Of a stretch of DNA of 64,000 nucleotides, positions 38,365 through 48,042 are shown in pieces (position 1 is the stretch's first letter; every line of letters starts with the position of its first letter). The notes beneath the pieces are model-generated. The model did no database searches. It saw nothing but the letters and a program-made list of their open reading frames with translations, and was not told the origin of the DNA. A program made the translations under genes and the position numbers. Source of the DNA: a virus; IMG/VR virus record IMGVR_UViG_3300028920_000045, positions 43,750 through 107,749 of that record. One strand, given 5' to 3'.

Positions 38365-38377
38365 GAGGAGGAGTGAG

Positions 38378-39475
38378 ATGGCGAAGTCGAAGAAGAGGAC
38401 TCGGCCGAAGAGGAAGAAGTCGGTCGCACAGCTCATGGTCTCGGCCGACTCGGAACTCATGGTCGGTCAGTCGGCCCGAGACGCCGGTCGTCTTCGGGGT
38501 GTGATCCCGACGGGTCTGGAGTCGGTCGACATCGCCATCGGTCGAGGAGGTCTCCCCCAGGGCCGGGTGTCGATGATCCAGGGGGACGAGGGTGGAGGGA
38601 AGACGACGTTCTGTCTCTCCTGCTGTCGGTCCGTCCAGGAGCGGGGAGGGGTGGCGATCTATGCTGACCCCGAGAGGAAGCTCGATCTCGGGTACGCCGA
38701 GAAAGTCGGGGTTGACCTGGACGAGCTGATCCTCGACCACCCGAGAACGATGGAACGGTTCGCACTGACCCTCAAGAGGTCGGTTGATCGTCTCCTCGAC
38801 ATCTGCGAGGAGGAGGGGGAAGAGATCCCGGGGTTGATCGTGGTCGACTCGATCACGGCCCTCGACACCTTCCTCGAAACGTCTCTCGAAGACCTGGCCG
38901 GTCAGGGCAAGCCGAGGAAGGGGAGGAAGAAGGGAGAGGGGGTCGCCCCGAGGGTCGGTGCTCAACCGTTGGCGATGTCGGTTCTCCTACGGAAGATCGT
39001 CCCGGTTCTGGCCGAGTCGCCTATCGCACTCCTCCTCGTCTCACAGCTTCGGACCAAGCTGACCCACTGGGGAGCCCAGAACGACTCGACCTGTGGTCGT
39101 GCTCCGAAGTTCTATTCCTGCCTGATTATCCAGGCTCGTCCGGAGTCGGAGAACGAGTCGGGTTCAAGAGTCGGGGAGCGGGTCGAGTTCTACGTCGCCA
39201 AGAACCAGATCGCACAGCCGTTCAAGTCGGGACAGTACTCGATCCTCGGAGCCCGGGGTCTCGACCGGGAGAGGGACATCCTCGACGCGGCCGTGACCCT
39301 GGACCTTGCCGAGAGAGCTGCCAAGGGCGGGTGGATTACGTTCTCGGACGACACCCCGTTCAAGGGTCTCAAGGTCCAGGGACCGAGGGGTCTCCGGGTG
39401 AAGATGCGGAAGAGACCGGAACTCGGGGACGAGATCCGAGCCGTGATCCGGAAGACGGCCGGGTGGGAGGACTAG
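38378..39475 (+). CDS. recA: RecA/UvsX-like recombinase
   Basis: IPTG..VDIAIGRGGLPQGR, GDEGGGKTT, IVVDSITAL, SQLR, KFYS. Confidence 0.93.
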   Translation: MAKSKKRTRPKRKKSVAQLMVSADSELMVGQSARDAGRLRGVIPTGLESVDIAIGRGGLPQGRVSMIQGDEGGGKTTFCLSCCRSVQERGGVAIYADPERKLDLGYAEKVGVDLDELILDHPRTMERFALTLKRSVDRLLDICEEEGEEIPGLIVVDSITALDTFLETSLEDLAGQGKPRKGRKKGEGVAPRVGAQPLAMSVLLRKIVPVLAESPIALLLVSQLRTKLTHWGAQNDSTCGRAPKFYSCLIIQARPESENESGSRVGERVEFYVAKNQIAQPFKSGQYSILGARGLDRERDILDAAVTLDLAERAAKGGWITFSDDTPFKGLKVQGPRGLRVKMRKRPELGDEIRAVIRKTAGWED

Positions 39476-39476
39476 G

Positions 39477-39752
39477 ATGGGACAGACGAAGGGTGAGATC
39501 GAGACCGAGGTCCTCTCTCTGGAGACCAGACTCCGAGAGGTCAGGGACCAGATCCGGGTACTCTCCGAGAAGACCAGAGCACAACCTCGAATCCGGATCG
39601 GGAAGAGTAAGAAGGCCGAGGCGAAGAGACAGGACCGCCTCGACCGTCTGGTCAAGGCACGGGTTGAGAAAGACCAGATCACCCGCGCCCTCAAGAGAGC
39701 CCGACATCGCCTCGTGAGTCACGTCAAGGGCGAGATGTCGAAAGGGGGGTGA
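39477..39752 (+). CDS. Hypothetical basic coiled-coil protein
   Basis: Packed ORF between recA and the Mre11-like gene. Confidence 0.55.
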   Translation: MGQTKGEIETEVLSLETRLREVRDQIRVLSEKTRAQPRIRIGKSKKAEAKRQDRLDRLVKARVEKDQITRALKRARHRLVSHVKGEMSKGG

Positions 39753-40993
39753 CGGTGAGTCCGAAGAGAGCAAGACCGAAGAAGAAGGCCAAGCCGACGA
39801 AGACGACGGTCGTGGCTTTCTCCGATCTCCACGCCGACAACGGGATGTCGATGTCGAAGTACGACGACCGTGGGGTCTCGGACAGACTGACCGACGCCCT
39901 GGACATCCTCGACCGTGTCTGGAGGTTGGCCGACAACGTCGACGCAAACGCCATCCTCTTCCTCGGTGACCTCTTCGAGAGAGCCCGGGTCGACTCGATC
40001 ACCTTCACCGAGGTTGCGGCCCGACTCCAGCTCCTCCAGGCGAACCTCATGATCCCCCTCTTCCTCATGCCCGGGAATCATGACCTCGTCGCCAAGGACT
40101 CCCCCCGTTCCTCGGTCGACATCTTCGACGCCCTGGAACTGCCTCACACCTTCGTCGCCTCGTACGAGAACCCGCTCTTTACCCCGGCCGGTGAGGAGGC
40201 GACTCGGTTCCTCGGGTGTCCGTACGAGAGACCGACGGTCGCCCGCCGTCGACTGGCCGATGTCTTGACCTCTGGGACGGCCGAGCCCTTCTCCAGAACC
40301 GTCCCCCTCCTCCACCACGACATCGACGGCGGGAGGGTCGGGACGTACTCCCCGACGGACACGGTCGGTCGGGACATCTTCTCTCACTTCCCTCTCTCGA
40401 TCTCGGGCCACTATCACACCCCCCAGATCCTCACCGTCAAAGGACGGCACTTCTACCCCGGGAAGAAGGACCCGTACTCGGCCGAGTCGATGCGACACGG
40501 ACTGGTCTACCTCGGGTCTCCACGTCACCTCGACTTCGCAGACGAGGGAGAGCACGGTGCCTGGATCTTCGAGTTCGTCGACGGCAAGTTGACCGAGGCC
40601 GAACTCTACCCTCTCGACGCCCCCCGGTTCCTGACCGTGGACTTCCAGTCCAGTCTCGACCCGAGTGAGGCAGCTCGTCTCGTCGACGGCAAGACGGCGT
40701 CGTACATCCGGGTCCGGGTCAAGGGTCCACGTCACGCCGTCGACGGTCTCGACCGAGAGGTGTACGAGGGAGCGTTCGTCGAGGCTCTCTCCGACAAGTC
40801 GGTCGTCCGGGCCTTCTCCTGGGAACCCCAGATCGAGGCGCACCACGTCACCCGGGTCGAGGTCGACTCGACTCTCGGTCTCGACAAGATGATCGAGGCG
40901 TATGTCGACTCGGACTCGGTCGCCCTCGGGGAACTCGACGAGGACGAGGTCCTCGACTATGGGAAGAGACTTCTCGCGGAGGTGCGGAAGTGA
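39749..40993 (+). CDS. SbcD/Mre11 (gp47-like) nuclease
   Basis: SDLH, GDLF, GNHD, HH and GHYH metallophosphoesterase motifs. Confidence 0.92.
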   Translation: MTVSPKRARPKKKAKPTKTTVVAFSDLHADNGMSMSKYDDRGVSDRLTDALDILDRVWRLADNVDANAILFLGDLFERARVDSITFTEVAARLQLLQANLMIPLFLMPGNHDLVAKDSPRSSVDIFDALELPHTFVASYENPLFTPAGEEATRFLGCPYERPTVARRRLADVLTSGTAEPFSRTVPLLHHDIDGGRVGTYSPTDTVGRDIFSHFPLSISGHYHTPQILTVKGRHFYPGKKDPYSAESMRHGLVYLGSPRHLDFADEGEHGAWIFEFVDGKLTEAELYPLDAPRFLTVDFQSSLDPSEAARLVDGKTASYIRVRVKGPRHAVDGLDREVYEGAFVEALSDKSVVRAFSWEPQIEAHHVTRVEVDSTLGLDKMIEAYVDSDSVALGELDEDEVLDYGKRLLAEVRK

Positions 40994-42948
40994 TCGTCCT
41001 GGAGAACGTGACCTTCGGTGGGTTCCTCGGATACGTCGACCGGTTCACTGTCCCTCTCCGGAGTCGGGGCTTGACCTTGATCGTCGGGGAGAACGTCGGT
41101 CGGTCCGGGTCGGACAGCAACGGGTCTGGGAAGACCACGGTCTTCGACGCCGTGACGTGGGGACTCTACGGGGAGACGGTGACCGGCGAGAAGACCGAGG
41201 AGGTGATCAACCGTCTGTCGAAGAAGGCCACGGTCAGGGTCGTCCTCACCGACGAGGACCGGGAGGTCTCGTACCGGATCACCCGGACTCGGAAGAAGTC
41301 GGGCGGGACTCTGGAGTTCCTCCAGGTCGACGACCCCGAGGACGAGGAGGGGATCGACCTCAAGGGTTCGTCGATGTCAGAGACCCAGGAGAAGATCGAC
41401 ACTCTCCTCGGTCTCGACTCCCTGGCCTTCCGGACCTGTGTTCTCTTCGGTCAGGGAGAGGCCACTCGGTTCGCCTCGTCGTCGACGACCGACGCGGAGA
41501 GGAAGAGGATCTTCCGTTCGGTCATGCGACTCGAAGAGTGTGAGCGGGCCAGGGCTCTCGCGGCCGAGAAGAAGAGGGACCTCGACTCCCGGGTCACGAC
41601 CAGGTCGACCGACCTCCGTCACGCCCAGGACCGACTCGACGAGATCGAGGAGGACCTGGAGTCGGCCGAGGAGAAGGTGGGGACCTGGTCGGAAGACCGT
41701 GACCGTCGACTCCAGGAGGTCGACGAGGAGATCGAGGACCTGGAGTCTTCGGCCGAGGACCTGGCCGGTGTCCGGAAGGAACTCAAGTCGACCTCGAAGA
41801 AGAAGAACAAAGCCCTCGACCGAGGTGAGGAGCTGGTCCGTCTCCAGGGCAAGGTCGACGACCTCGACCGGGAGATCCGGGAGAAGAGGTCGGAGGAGTC
41901 GGAGATCAAGTCCGAGGTCTCCAGGGTCAAGGCCACGGTCGAAGCTGCCGAGTCCCGTCTTCTGGAACTGGACCAGGCCCAGGAGGAGGGTCGGTGCGAG
42001 TCCTGCGGGTCCTACCTGGACTCCGACCAGGAGAACGTCGGCTTCGAGGAGACCAGGTCCTCGACCCGCCGTCTCCTGGAGACGTCCCAGGAGGCGCTAT
42101 CGGAGGTCGAGGGGTCTCTCGATACCTGTCAGGGGGAGATCGAGGCTCTCCGGGGACGTCGGGCGGTCCTACGGGCCAAGATGGACGACCTCGGGGACCC
42201 AGGACAGGAGGTTCGGGATCTGGAGAAGACCGAGAGGCGGCTCCGGGAGGAGGAGGACCGTCTCCGGGGAGCCGAGTCCGAGGTCAAGGTCAAGAGGGAG
42301 TCCCGGGAGTCCATCGCCCGGGAGACGAACCCCCACGTCGAGGAGGTCACCCGGCTCAAGGAACGGAGGTCCCAGGCCCGACGGAAGGTCGGTCGACTGG
42401 AGATGGACCTCGACCGTCTCCGGGAGGAACTCGCCCTCGCCTCGTTCTGGGTCAAGGGGTGGGGGTCGAAGGGGATACAGTCCTTCGCCATCGACCACGC
42501 CCTCCCGAAACTCTCGGCCGCTTCCCAGGAGTACCTCACGACCCTGTCGGGTGGAGACCTGGAGGTCGACTTCGACTCGGTCTCGAAGACGAAGAAGGGG
42601 GAGGTCCGGGACACGTTCCGGATCATTCCCAGGGTCGAGGGGGACGAGGGACTCAAGATCTCCGGTGGACAGAAGACCAGAATCGAACTCTCCACCTCCT
42701 TCGGTCTGTCCGACCTGGTCGCGGAGAGGGAGTCGGCGTCCATCGACTGTTACTTCCTCGACGAAGTCTTCGACGCCCTGGATCAGACCGGCAAGGACCG
42801 GTTGATCGATCTCCTCCGGTTGCTCCGGTCCAGGCGGTCGACTATCCTGGCCGTGTCCCACGATCCGGACGTCGTCCGTCACTTCGACCGGGTGATCCGG
42901 GTCCAGAGGAAGGACAAGGTCTCTCGGATCGTGGAGGGTGCGGAGTGA
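40990..42948 (+). CDS. SbcC/Rad50 (gp46-like) ATPase
   Basis: NGSGKTT, FGQG, CESC zinc hook, ISGGQ, FLDEVFDALD. Confidence 0.95.
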   Translation: MIVLENVTFGGFLGYVDRFTVPLRSRGLTLIVGENVGRSGSDSNGSGKTTVFDAVTWGLYGETVTGEKTEEVINRLSKKATVRVVLTDEDREVSYRITRTRKKSGGTLEFLQVDDPEDEEGIDLKGSSMSETQEKIDTLLGLDSLAFRTCVLFGQGEATRFASSSTTDAERKRIFRSVMRLEECERARALAAEKKRDLDSRVTTRSTDLRHAQDRLDEIEEDLESAEEKVGTWSEDRDRRLQEVDEEIEDLESSAEDLAGVRKELKSTSKKKNKALDRGEELVRLQGKVDDLDREIREKRSEESEIKSEVSRVKATVEAAESRLLELDQAQEEGRCESCGSYLDSDQENVGFEETRSSTRRLLETSQEALSEVEGSLDTCQGEIEALRGRRAVLRAKMDDLGDPGQEVRDLEKTERRLREEEDRLRGAESEVKVKRESRESIARETNPHVEEVTRLKERRSQARRKVGRLEMDLDRLREELALASFWVKGWGSKGIQSFAIDHALPKLSAASQEYLTTLSGGDLEVDFDSVSKTKKGEVRDTFRIIPRVEGDEGLKISGGQKTRIELSTSFGLSDLVAERESASIDCYFLDEVFDALDQTGKDRLIDLLRLLRSRRSTILAVSHDPDVVRHFDRVIRVQRKDKVSRIVEGAE

Positions 42949-43160
42949 GGATACTCGTCGGTCCGTGTCTGGAGTGCAAGGTCGACGACCGGCTTCTCTG
43001 GGTCGTCGAGCTGACCATCCCCGAGACGGGTGGAGGAGAGGGGTCCATCGTGTACGAGTGCTTGACCTGTCACACCCGACACTCGGCAGAGTTCCACCTC
43101 CCTCCGGTATCGGGTCGGCTTGCTCGTCCTGGTCTGTCCTCCGTCAAGAGGGGTGCGTAA
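42945..43160 (+). CDS. Small zinc-ribbon protein
   Basis: CLEC...CLTC; GTG overlaps upstream stop. Confidence 0.5.
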   Translation: MRILVGPCLECKVDDRLLWVVELTIPETGGGEGSIVYECLTCHTRHSAEFHLPPVSGRLARPGLSSVKRGA

Positions 43161-43384
43161 TGGGGATCATCCTCAAATCGGGCGAGACCCTCGCCGTGGT
43201 CTTCTCGGACTCGGTCGAGGGAGAGGACCGGACATTCGAGGAGGTCGAGGACCTGGTCAACGCCATCCGGACCACGGCCGGGGCCAGAGGTTTCGAGGTG
43301 GAGATCTGGGGACCGGAACCGTCGGCCGAGAAGTTCCTGGCCGACCGTCGTCTCCGAAGGGAGAGGGAGAGTGAGTCCGAATAG
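43160..43384 (+). CDS. Hypothetical protein
   Basis: ATG overlaps upstream TAA. Confidence 0.5.
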   Translation: MGIILKSGETLAVVFSDSVEGEDRTFEEVEDLVNAIRTTAGARGFEVEIWGPEPSAEKFLADRRLRRERESESE

Positions 43385-44009
43385 GGTGAGACCTTGCTGG
43401 TTCGTCCGGGTCGTGTACTGGATCGGAATGACCGTCGTCTTCGGTCTGGGTCTGTACTACTCCTGGAGTCGTCGGTACCGCCGTCTCCGTCAACCGGGGT
43501 GGGAAGGACACGTCGAGAAGAGACTCACCGTCCGGGCCGTCCTCGACCGTATCCGCGAGAGGAAGTGGAGACAGGACGGACTCTCCGAACTCGGTGACGC
43601 CATCGGCTTCCCCAGGTTCTTCGACGAGGCGTCCGACGAGGAGAGGTCGTCTCTCGGTCAGGATTGCGACGAGTACGGGATTTTCGCTCTGGACGCCGGT
43701 CGAGACGGACTGGAACTCAAGGGGGAGACCTTCCGCCCCGTCGGGTTCCTCTCGGTGATCGGGTGCCAGGGGTGGCGGCGATTCTGGAAACAGAAGGGAC
43801 ACAACGTCGCCGTCTTCCAGGGCGAGCCTCGGTTCGGAGGTGAGGTCCAGGGAGAGTACTACCACTTCGGGAACTGGGGCTTCCTCGGACCGTTCGATCA
43901 GGTCGACGACCTCTGCGAGATGATCGCCCGACGGATGGACTCTCACCTCATGGGGTACTCGCTGGTCGACGGGGACCTCGACCTCCTGGAGTGGAGGTTC
44001 CTCGCATGA
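43371..44009 (+). CDS. Membrane-anchored transglutaminase-like/cysteine-protease-like protein
   Basis: N-terminal TM; QDCDEYG...GHNVAVF...HFGNWG resembles a Cys-His-Asn/Asp triad. Confidence 0.45.
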   Translation: MSPNRVRPCWFVRVVYWIGMTVVFGLGLYYSWSRRYRRLRQPGWEGHVEKRLTVRAVLDRIRERKWRQDGLSELGDAIGFPRFFDEASDEERSSLGQDCDEYGIFALDAGRDGLELKGETFRPVGFLSVIGCQGWRRFWKQKGHNVAVFQGEPRFGGEVQGEYYHFGNWGFLGPFDQVDDLCEMIARRMDSHLMGYSLVDGDLDLLEWRFLA

Positions 44010-44590
44010 GCAGGAAGAGAGACGAGAGGTCGAAGGCCGCGACCGGGACGAAGAAGGGTTCGGTCTTCGAGAGGGACGTCGCCCGGTTCCTCTCCCTATG
44101 GTGGGGAGACGACAAGGACCTCGGTGCGAAGGAACTCTCGTTCCGTCGGTCCCCCGGGTCTGGAGGTGTCGACCCCCAGGAGTGGCCGGGTGACGTGATC
44201 CCGACGAGACGGATTGTCCACAAGTGGCCTCTCGTCGTCGAGTGCAAGGCCCAGGACTCCGAGTTCGGTGACCTGATCGAACTCCTGTCCGCTCCGAAGT
44301 CGAGGTTCTGGGACTGGATCGACCAGGTCAAGAGGGACGCCCAGGGGGTCGGTCGGTCCTGGTTCCTCTTCGTCCGTCGTGTCCGGTACCCGTGGCTCCT
44401 GGTCCTCGACGTCCGGGACTGGCTCAAGGTCCGGGCCGTGGTCCAGGACGTCGCCCGACTCACGCACTTCCGTCTCACCCGTGAGGACCGACAGGTCAAC
44501 GCGATCATCGTACGAGCCGACCAGTTCTTCGACCTGGTCACGCCCGACGACCTCCTGTCGGTCCTGACCATTCGGGAGACGAGACTCTAG
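44006..44590 (+). CDS. Holliday junction resolvase (Hjc-like PD-(D/E)xK)
   Basis: KGSVFERDVA, PGDVI, VVECK. Confidence 0.85.
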   Translation: MSRKRDERSKAATGTKKGSVFERDVARFLSLWWGDDKDLGAKELSFRRSPGSGGVDPQEWPGDVIPTRRIVHKWPLVVECKAQDSEFGDLIELLSAPKSRFWDWIDQVKRDAQGVGRSWFLFVRRVRYPWLLVLDVRDWLKVRAVVQDVARLTHFRLTREDRQVNAIIVRADQFFDLVTPDDLLSVLTIRETRL

Positions 44591-44598
44591 GGGGAGAC

Positions 44599-45579
44599 GT
44601 GTCAAAGCCAACCTTGATCGTCGATGGGAATAACGTCCTCTATCGGATGTCGTACGCTCTCTTGACCCAGTCTCTCTCGGTGATCCTCGACGAGACCCGA
44701 GTCGAGACCGGGCCGACGTTCCTCACGTTCAAGACCCTGGTCGAGATCGCGGACGAGTACGACGCGGTCCCCTTGGTCTGCTGGGACCCGGAGTCCGGAC
44801 GAGGTCGTCTCCAGAGACGGAAGATACACAAGGGATACAAGTCGGGACGGGAACCGGCGAACGAGATCGACCGGGACTTCCATCGGGAGGTCACGGACCA
44901 GAGGGAGATCGTCCAGACCATCCTCGGGACGGCCGGGGTCTTCCAGACGAGAGCCCTCAAGGGGTGGGAAGCCGACGACGTGATCGCCCGACTCGCCCGA
45001 CAGCTATCCCGACGAGGACGTGAGGTCCTGATTCTGTCAAACGACAAGGACCTCGTCCCTCTCCTCGCCCTCCCCGGTGTCCGGATCGTCGCCATCGGTT
45101 CCCGGAAGTGGTCTCAACCCGGAGAGAGGTACGAGGTCCGCGACGAGGAGTGGGTCAAGGCCCAGTACGAGGGACTTACCCCGGACAAATGGATCGAGTT
45201 CCGGTCTCTGGCCGGTGACCCGTCCGACAAGGTCCAGGGGGTGAAGGGGATCGGGAAGGTCTGGGGAGTCAAGCTCGTCCAGGAGTACGGGTCTGCCCTC
45301 GAAGCGGTCCAGGTTGCGGAGAAAGCCGAGAAGGCACTGGGAGGGTACGGGCTCCTCCTCGACAAAGGAGGGGTCCGTCGGAAACTCCTGGGACAGACCG
45401 ACCAGGTCAAGGCAGCTCGGAAGGTCTTGACCTTGAACTATCGAGCGCCCTTCGAGTGGTTATCCCGAGAGGGAGACCGGAAGAAAACCCAGGCTTTGAT
45501 CCGACGGTACCGGTTCCGGTCATTCATGGCCGGGACTCTTCGGGTCCAGCTCAACGGACTCCTCGATGCGATTACTTGA
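44599..45579 (+). CDS. 5'-3' exonuclease / flap endonuclease (T4 RNase H-like)
   Basis: IVDGNN, YKSGR, EADDVIA, SNDKDL, GDPSDKVQGVKGIG. Confidence 0.93.
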   Translation: MSKPTLIVDGNNVLYRMSYALLTQSLSVILDETRVETGPTFLTFKTLVEIADEYDAVPLVCWDPESGRGRLQRRKIHKGYKSGREPANEIDRDFHREVTDQREIVQTILGTAGVFQTRALKGWEADDVIARLARQLSRRGREVLILSNDKDLVPLLALPGVRIVAIGSRKWSQPGERYEVRDEEWVKAQYEGLTPDKWIEFRSLAGDPSDKVQGVKGIGKVWGVKLVQEYGSALEAVQVAEKAEKALGGYGLLLDKGGVRRKLLGQTDQVKAARKVLTLNYRAPFEWLSREGDRKKTQALIRRYRFRSFMAGTLRVQLNGLLDAIT

Positions 45580-46162
45580 CCGACTCCGACGGAACGTCGA
45601 GGGGTGTGACCTCTGTCCCGACCTCGTCGAGTCCAGGACGAGGATCGTCTTCGGTGACGGACCGGACGACGCCGACTGGGTCGTGGTCGGTGAGTCCCCC
45701 GGTGCGACCGAGGATAAGGTCGGCTCACCGTTCCGGGGGAAGGCCGGTCGCAAGGCTCGGATGGCGATGGTCGACGAGGGTCTCGATCCGGAGTCGGCGT
45801 TCTGGACGAATGTCCTCCTCTGTCACCCCGAGAAGAACCGGGACCCTCGACCCGAGGAGGTCCGGAACTGTTCTCTCCGTCTCCTCCTCACCCTGTCGAT
45901 CCTCCGACCGAAGGTGGTCCTCACGTTCGGTCTCCCGTCGTTCAAGGCTCTGGCCGGGGTGACGGGTCGGGTGTCGATGTCGGAGTACCGGGGACGTCGG
46001 TTCCGGTACCGGGTCAAGACCAGGTCGGGGGGATACCTCGACACGGTCCTCGTCCCGACGTATCACCCGGCGTACATCGCACGACCGACCGGGAAGCCGT
46101 ACGAGGCCGACTGGAGGGAGGACCTCCGACTCGTCCGACGTCTTCTGGAGAGGTCACCGTGA
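45566..46162 (+). CDS. Uracil-DNA glycosylase family 4 (Fe-S type)
   Basis: CDLC, VGESPG..ED..G.PF.G.AG, TNVLLCHP, TYHPAY. Confidence 0.93.
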   Translation: MRLLDRLRRNVEGCDLCPDLVESRTRIVFGDGPDDADWVVVGESPGATEDKVGSPFRGKAGRKARMAMVDEGLDPESAFWTNVLLCHPEKNRDPRPEEVRNCSLRLLLTLSILRPKVVLTFGLPSFKALAGVTGRVSMSEYRGRRFRYRVKTRSGGYLDTVLVPTYHPAYIARPTGKPYEADWREDLRLVRRLLERSP

Positions 46163-46446
46163 GCAATCCCAGGACCATCGCAAAAGAGCTGCCTCCGGAA
46201 GCGGAGGAGATCCGACGTCGACTCCGACGAGAGAAGGCCGAACTCCGACGACAGGAGGAGAAGGTCAGGTCGACCCATGCGGAACTCTGGGTCGTACTAC
46301 AACGGCACTTCGACCTCGACCTCGACGGGTGTCACTACCAGATCGACGCCGACGGTCAACTCCTCCAGGTCCTCCAGAGAGACCGACCAGGTGACACCTC
46401 AACGCGCGTCCGGACTCGACGAGACCCGGACTCCTCGCTACACTAG
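46159..46446 (+). CDS. Hypothetical protein
   Basis: Overlapping start and stop; coiled coil. Confidence 0.5.
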   Translation: MSNPRTIAKELPPEAEEIRRRLRREKAELRRQEEKVRSTHAELWVVLQRHFDLDLDGCHYQIDADGQLLQVLQRDRPGDTSTRVRTRRDPDSSLH

Positions 46447-46457
46447 GGAGCCGTGAT

Positions 46458-47246
46458 ATGACTAGACAGGACCAGGAACGACTCAAGGTGATCGACCGAC
46501 TCCTCCGGGAAGACGTGGTCGACAAGATCGTCCCCTCCCCGCACCGGTCCGAGGGGTGGGGCAAGGGACGTCCGGATCGACCGACTCCCTGGGGGGTCGT
46601 GGTCCACTTCACCGGGGGACCTCACGGGACCGCTGCCAAGTGGTTCCAGGACCCCCGGGCCAAGGCGTCGGCCCATGTCGTGATCCAGAGGGACGGGACC
46701 GTCGTCCTCTGTGTCCCCGTCTTCGACCGGGCCTGGCACGCAGGAGACTCGGTCTGGAAGGGAGAGCGGTACTGTAATCGGTTCACCTTCGGGATCGAGC
46801 TGGAGAACTGGGGACCCATCGTTCGTCGAGGAGACGGATACTTCGTCTGGCCCCCGGTCGATCCGAAGACCAAGGTCCGACAGTACCGTCGTCGGTTCCG
46901 AGGGACGGGTATCCATCATGCCCCGTTCCGGTCCGACTTCGAGTTCTGGGAGTCGTACGACCCCAGGCAGATCGACGCACTCGTCGAGGTCCTCAAGATC
47001 CTGGTCGCCCCTCCCGGTGACTGGACTCCTCTCGACGTGGGGAACGTGGTCGGGCATGAGCAGGTCGCACCGGGCAGGAAGATCGATCCCGGTCCTGCCT
47101 TTCCGTGGAAGGAGGTCGTCGCCCGGGTCTTCGAGATCGACCCGTACCTCGACACGGACGCCGACCCAGACGAGGACGAGGACGACGAGCACTTCTTCCA
47201 GATCCTCGACGGGACGTCGAAGGACAGAGGGGACGGTGTCGCATGA
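46458..47246 (+). CDS. N-acetylmuramoyl-L-alanine amidase (Amidase_2/AmpD-like), probable endolysin
   Basis: VVHFT, SAHVVI, RAWHAG, GIELEN, VGHEQVAPGRKIDPG. Confidence 0.92.
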   Translation: MTRQDQERLKVIDRLLREDVVDKIVPSPHRSEGWGKGRPDRPTPWGVVVHFTGGPHGTAAKWFQDPRAKASAHVVIQRDGTVVLCVPVFDRAWHAGDSVWKGERYCNRFTFGIELENWGPIVRRGDGYFVWPPVDPKTKVRQYRRRFRGTGIHHAPFRSDFEFWESYDPRQIDALVEVLKILVAPPGDWTPLDVGNVVGHEQVAPGRKIDPGPAFPWKEVVARVFEIDPYLDTDADPDEDEDDEHFFQILDGTSKDRGDGVA

Positions 47247-47869
47247 GTCCCCTCACGACAGTCGTCTCGTATCCGGAGAGGGGTCCGTTCGGTGACCACA
47301 AGTTCCGGGGGAATTGCTCCGGGTATCTGGTCAAGGACCTCGTCGAGTACTTCGAGCCGAAGACCCTCCTCGACCCGATGGAAGGTGGAGGGACCTCACG
47401 GGAGGTCTGCGAGGCTCTCGGGGTCGAGTACGAGGGACACGACCTCGCCCAAGGCGACGATCACGACGTCTTCGAGAAGCCCTGGGGGGACCGTCGATTC
47501 GACCTGGTCTTCTGGCATCCCCCGTACGCGTCGATGATCAAGTACTCGGACAATCCACTCGACCTCTCCGGTCTCACCGTCCCCGAGTTCCGTGAGGCTC
47601 TGATCGCTGTCGCGGACCTCCTCTTCCGCGAGGCCGTCGTGGACGGCGGTCGACTCGCCGTCCTGATCGGGACCATGAGGAAGAACGGACGGATCTTCGC
47701 CTTCGCCCGTGACTTGATCACGGACTGGAGGGAACCGTCCGAACCGGAGATCGTCAAGGTCCAGCACCATGTCACCTCGAAGTCGACTCGGGCGGCTCAA
47801 CTCTTCGGGAACCGGTTTATCCCGATTGTCGACGAGAGAGTCCTCGTCTGGAGGAAGCCATGCCCGTGA
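47243..47869 (+). CDS. DNA amino-methyltransferase (N6A/N4C type)
   Basis: DPMEGGGT (motif I) and FWHPPY (motif IV). Confidence 0.8.
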   Translation: MSPLTTVVSYPERGPFGDHKFRGNCSGYLVKDLVEYFEPKTLLDPMEGGGTSREVCEALGVEYEGHDLAQGDDHDVFEKPWGDRRFDLVFWHPPYASMIKYSDNPLDLSGLTVPEFREALIAVADLLFREAVVDGGRLAVLIGTMRKNGRIFAFARDLITDWREPSEPEIVKVQHHVTSKSTRAAQLFGNRFIPIVDERVLVWRKPCP

Positions 47870-48042
47870 TCGGCCGAGAGTCTTTCAAAGTCCGTTGCAT
47901 CCGATGTCAGTCCGACAACGTCGTCGAGAAGAAGGTCCGTCCTCCCTCGACGGCCGACAAACCAGCACAACACGGACCGGGGTACTTCCGCGTCCAGAGG
48001 ACGTGTCGGAGGTGCGGGTTCGTCTGGGAGAAGAAGACATGA
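47860..48042 (+). CDS. Small zinc-ribbon protein
   Basis: CIRC...CRRC. Confidence 0.5.
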   Translation: MPVIGRESFKVRCIRCQSDNVVEKKVRPPSTADKPAQHGPGYFRVQRTCRRCGFVWEKKT

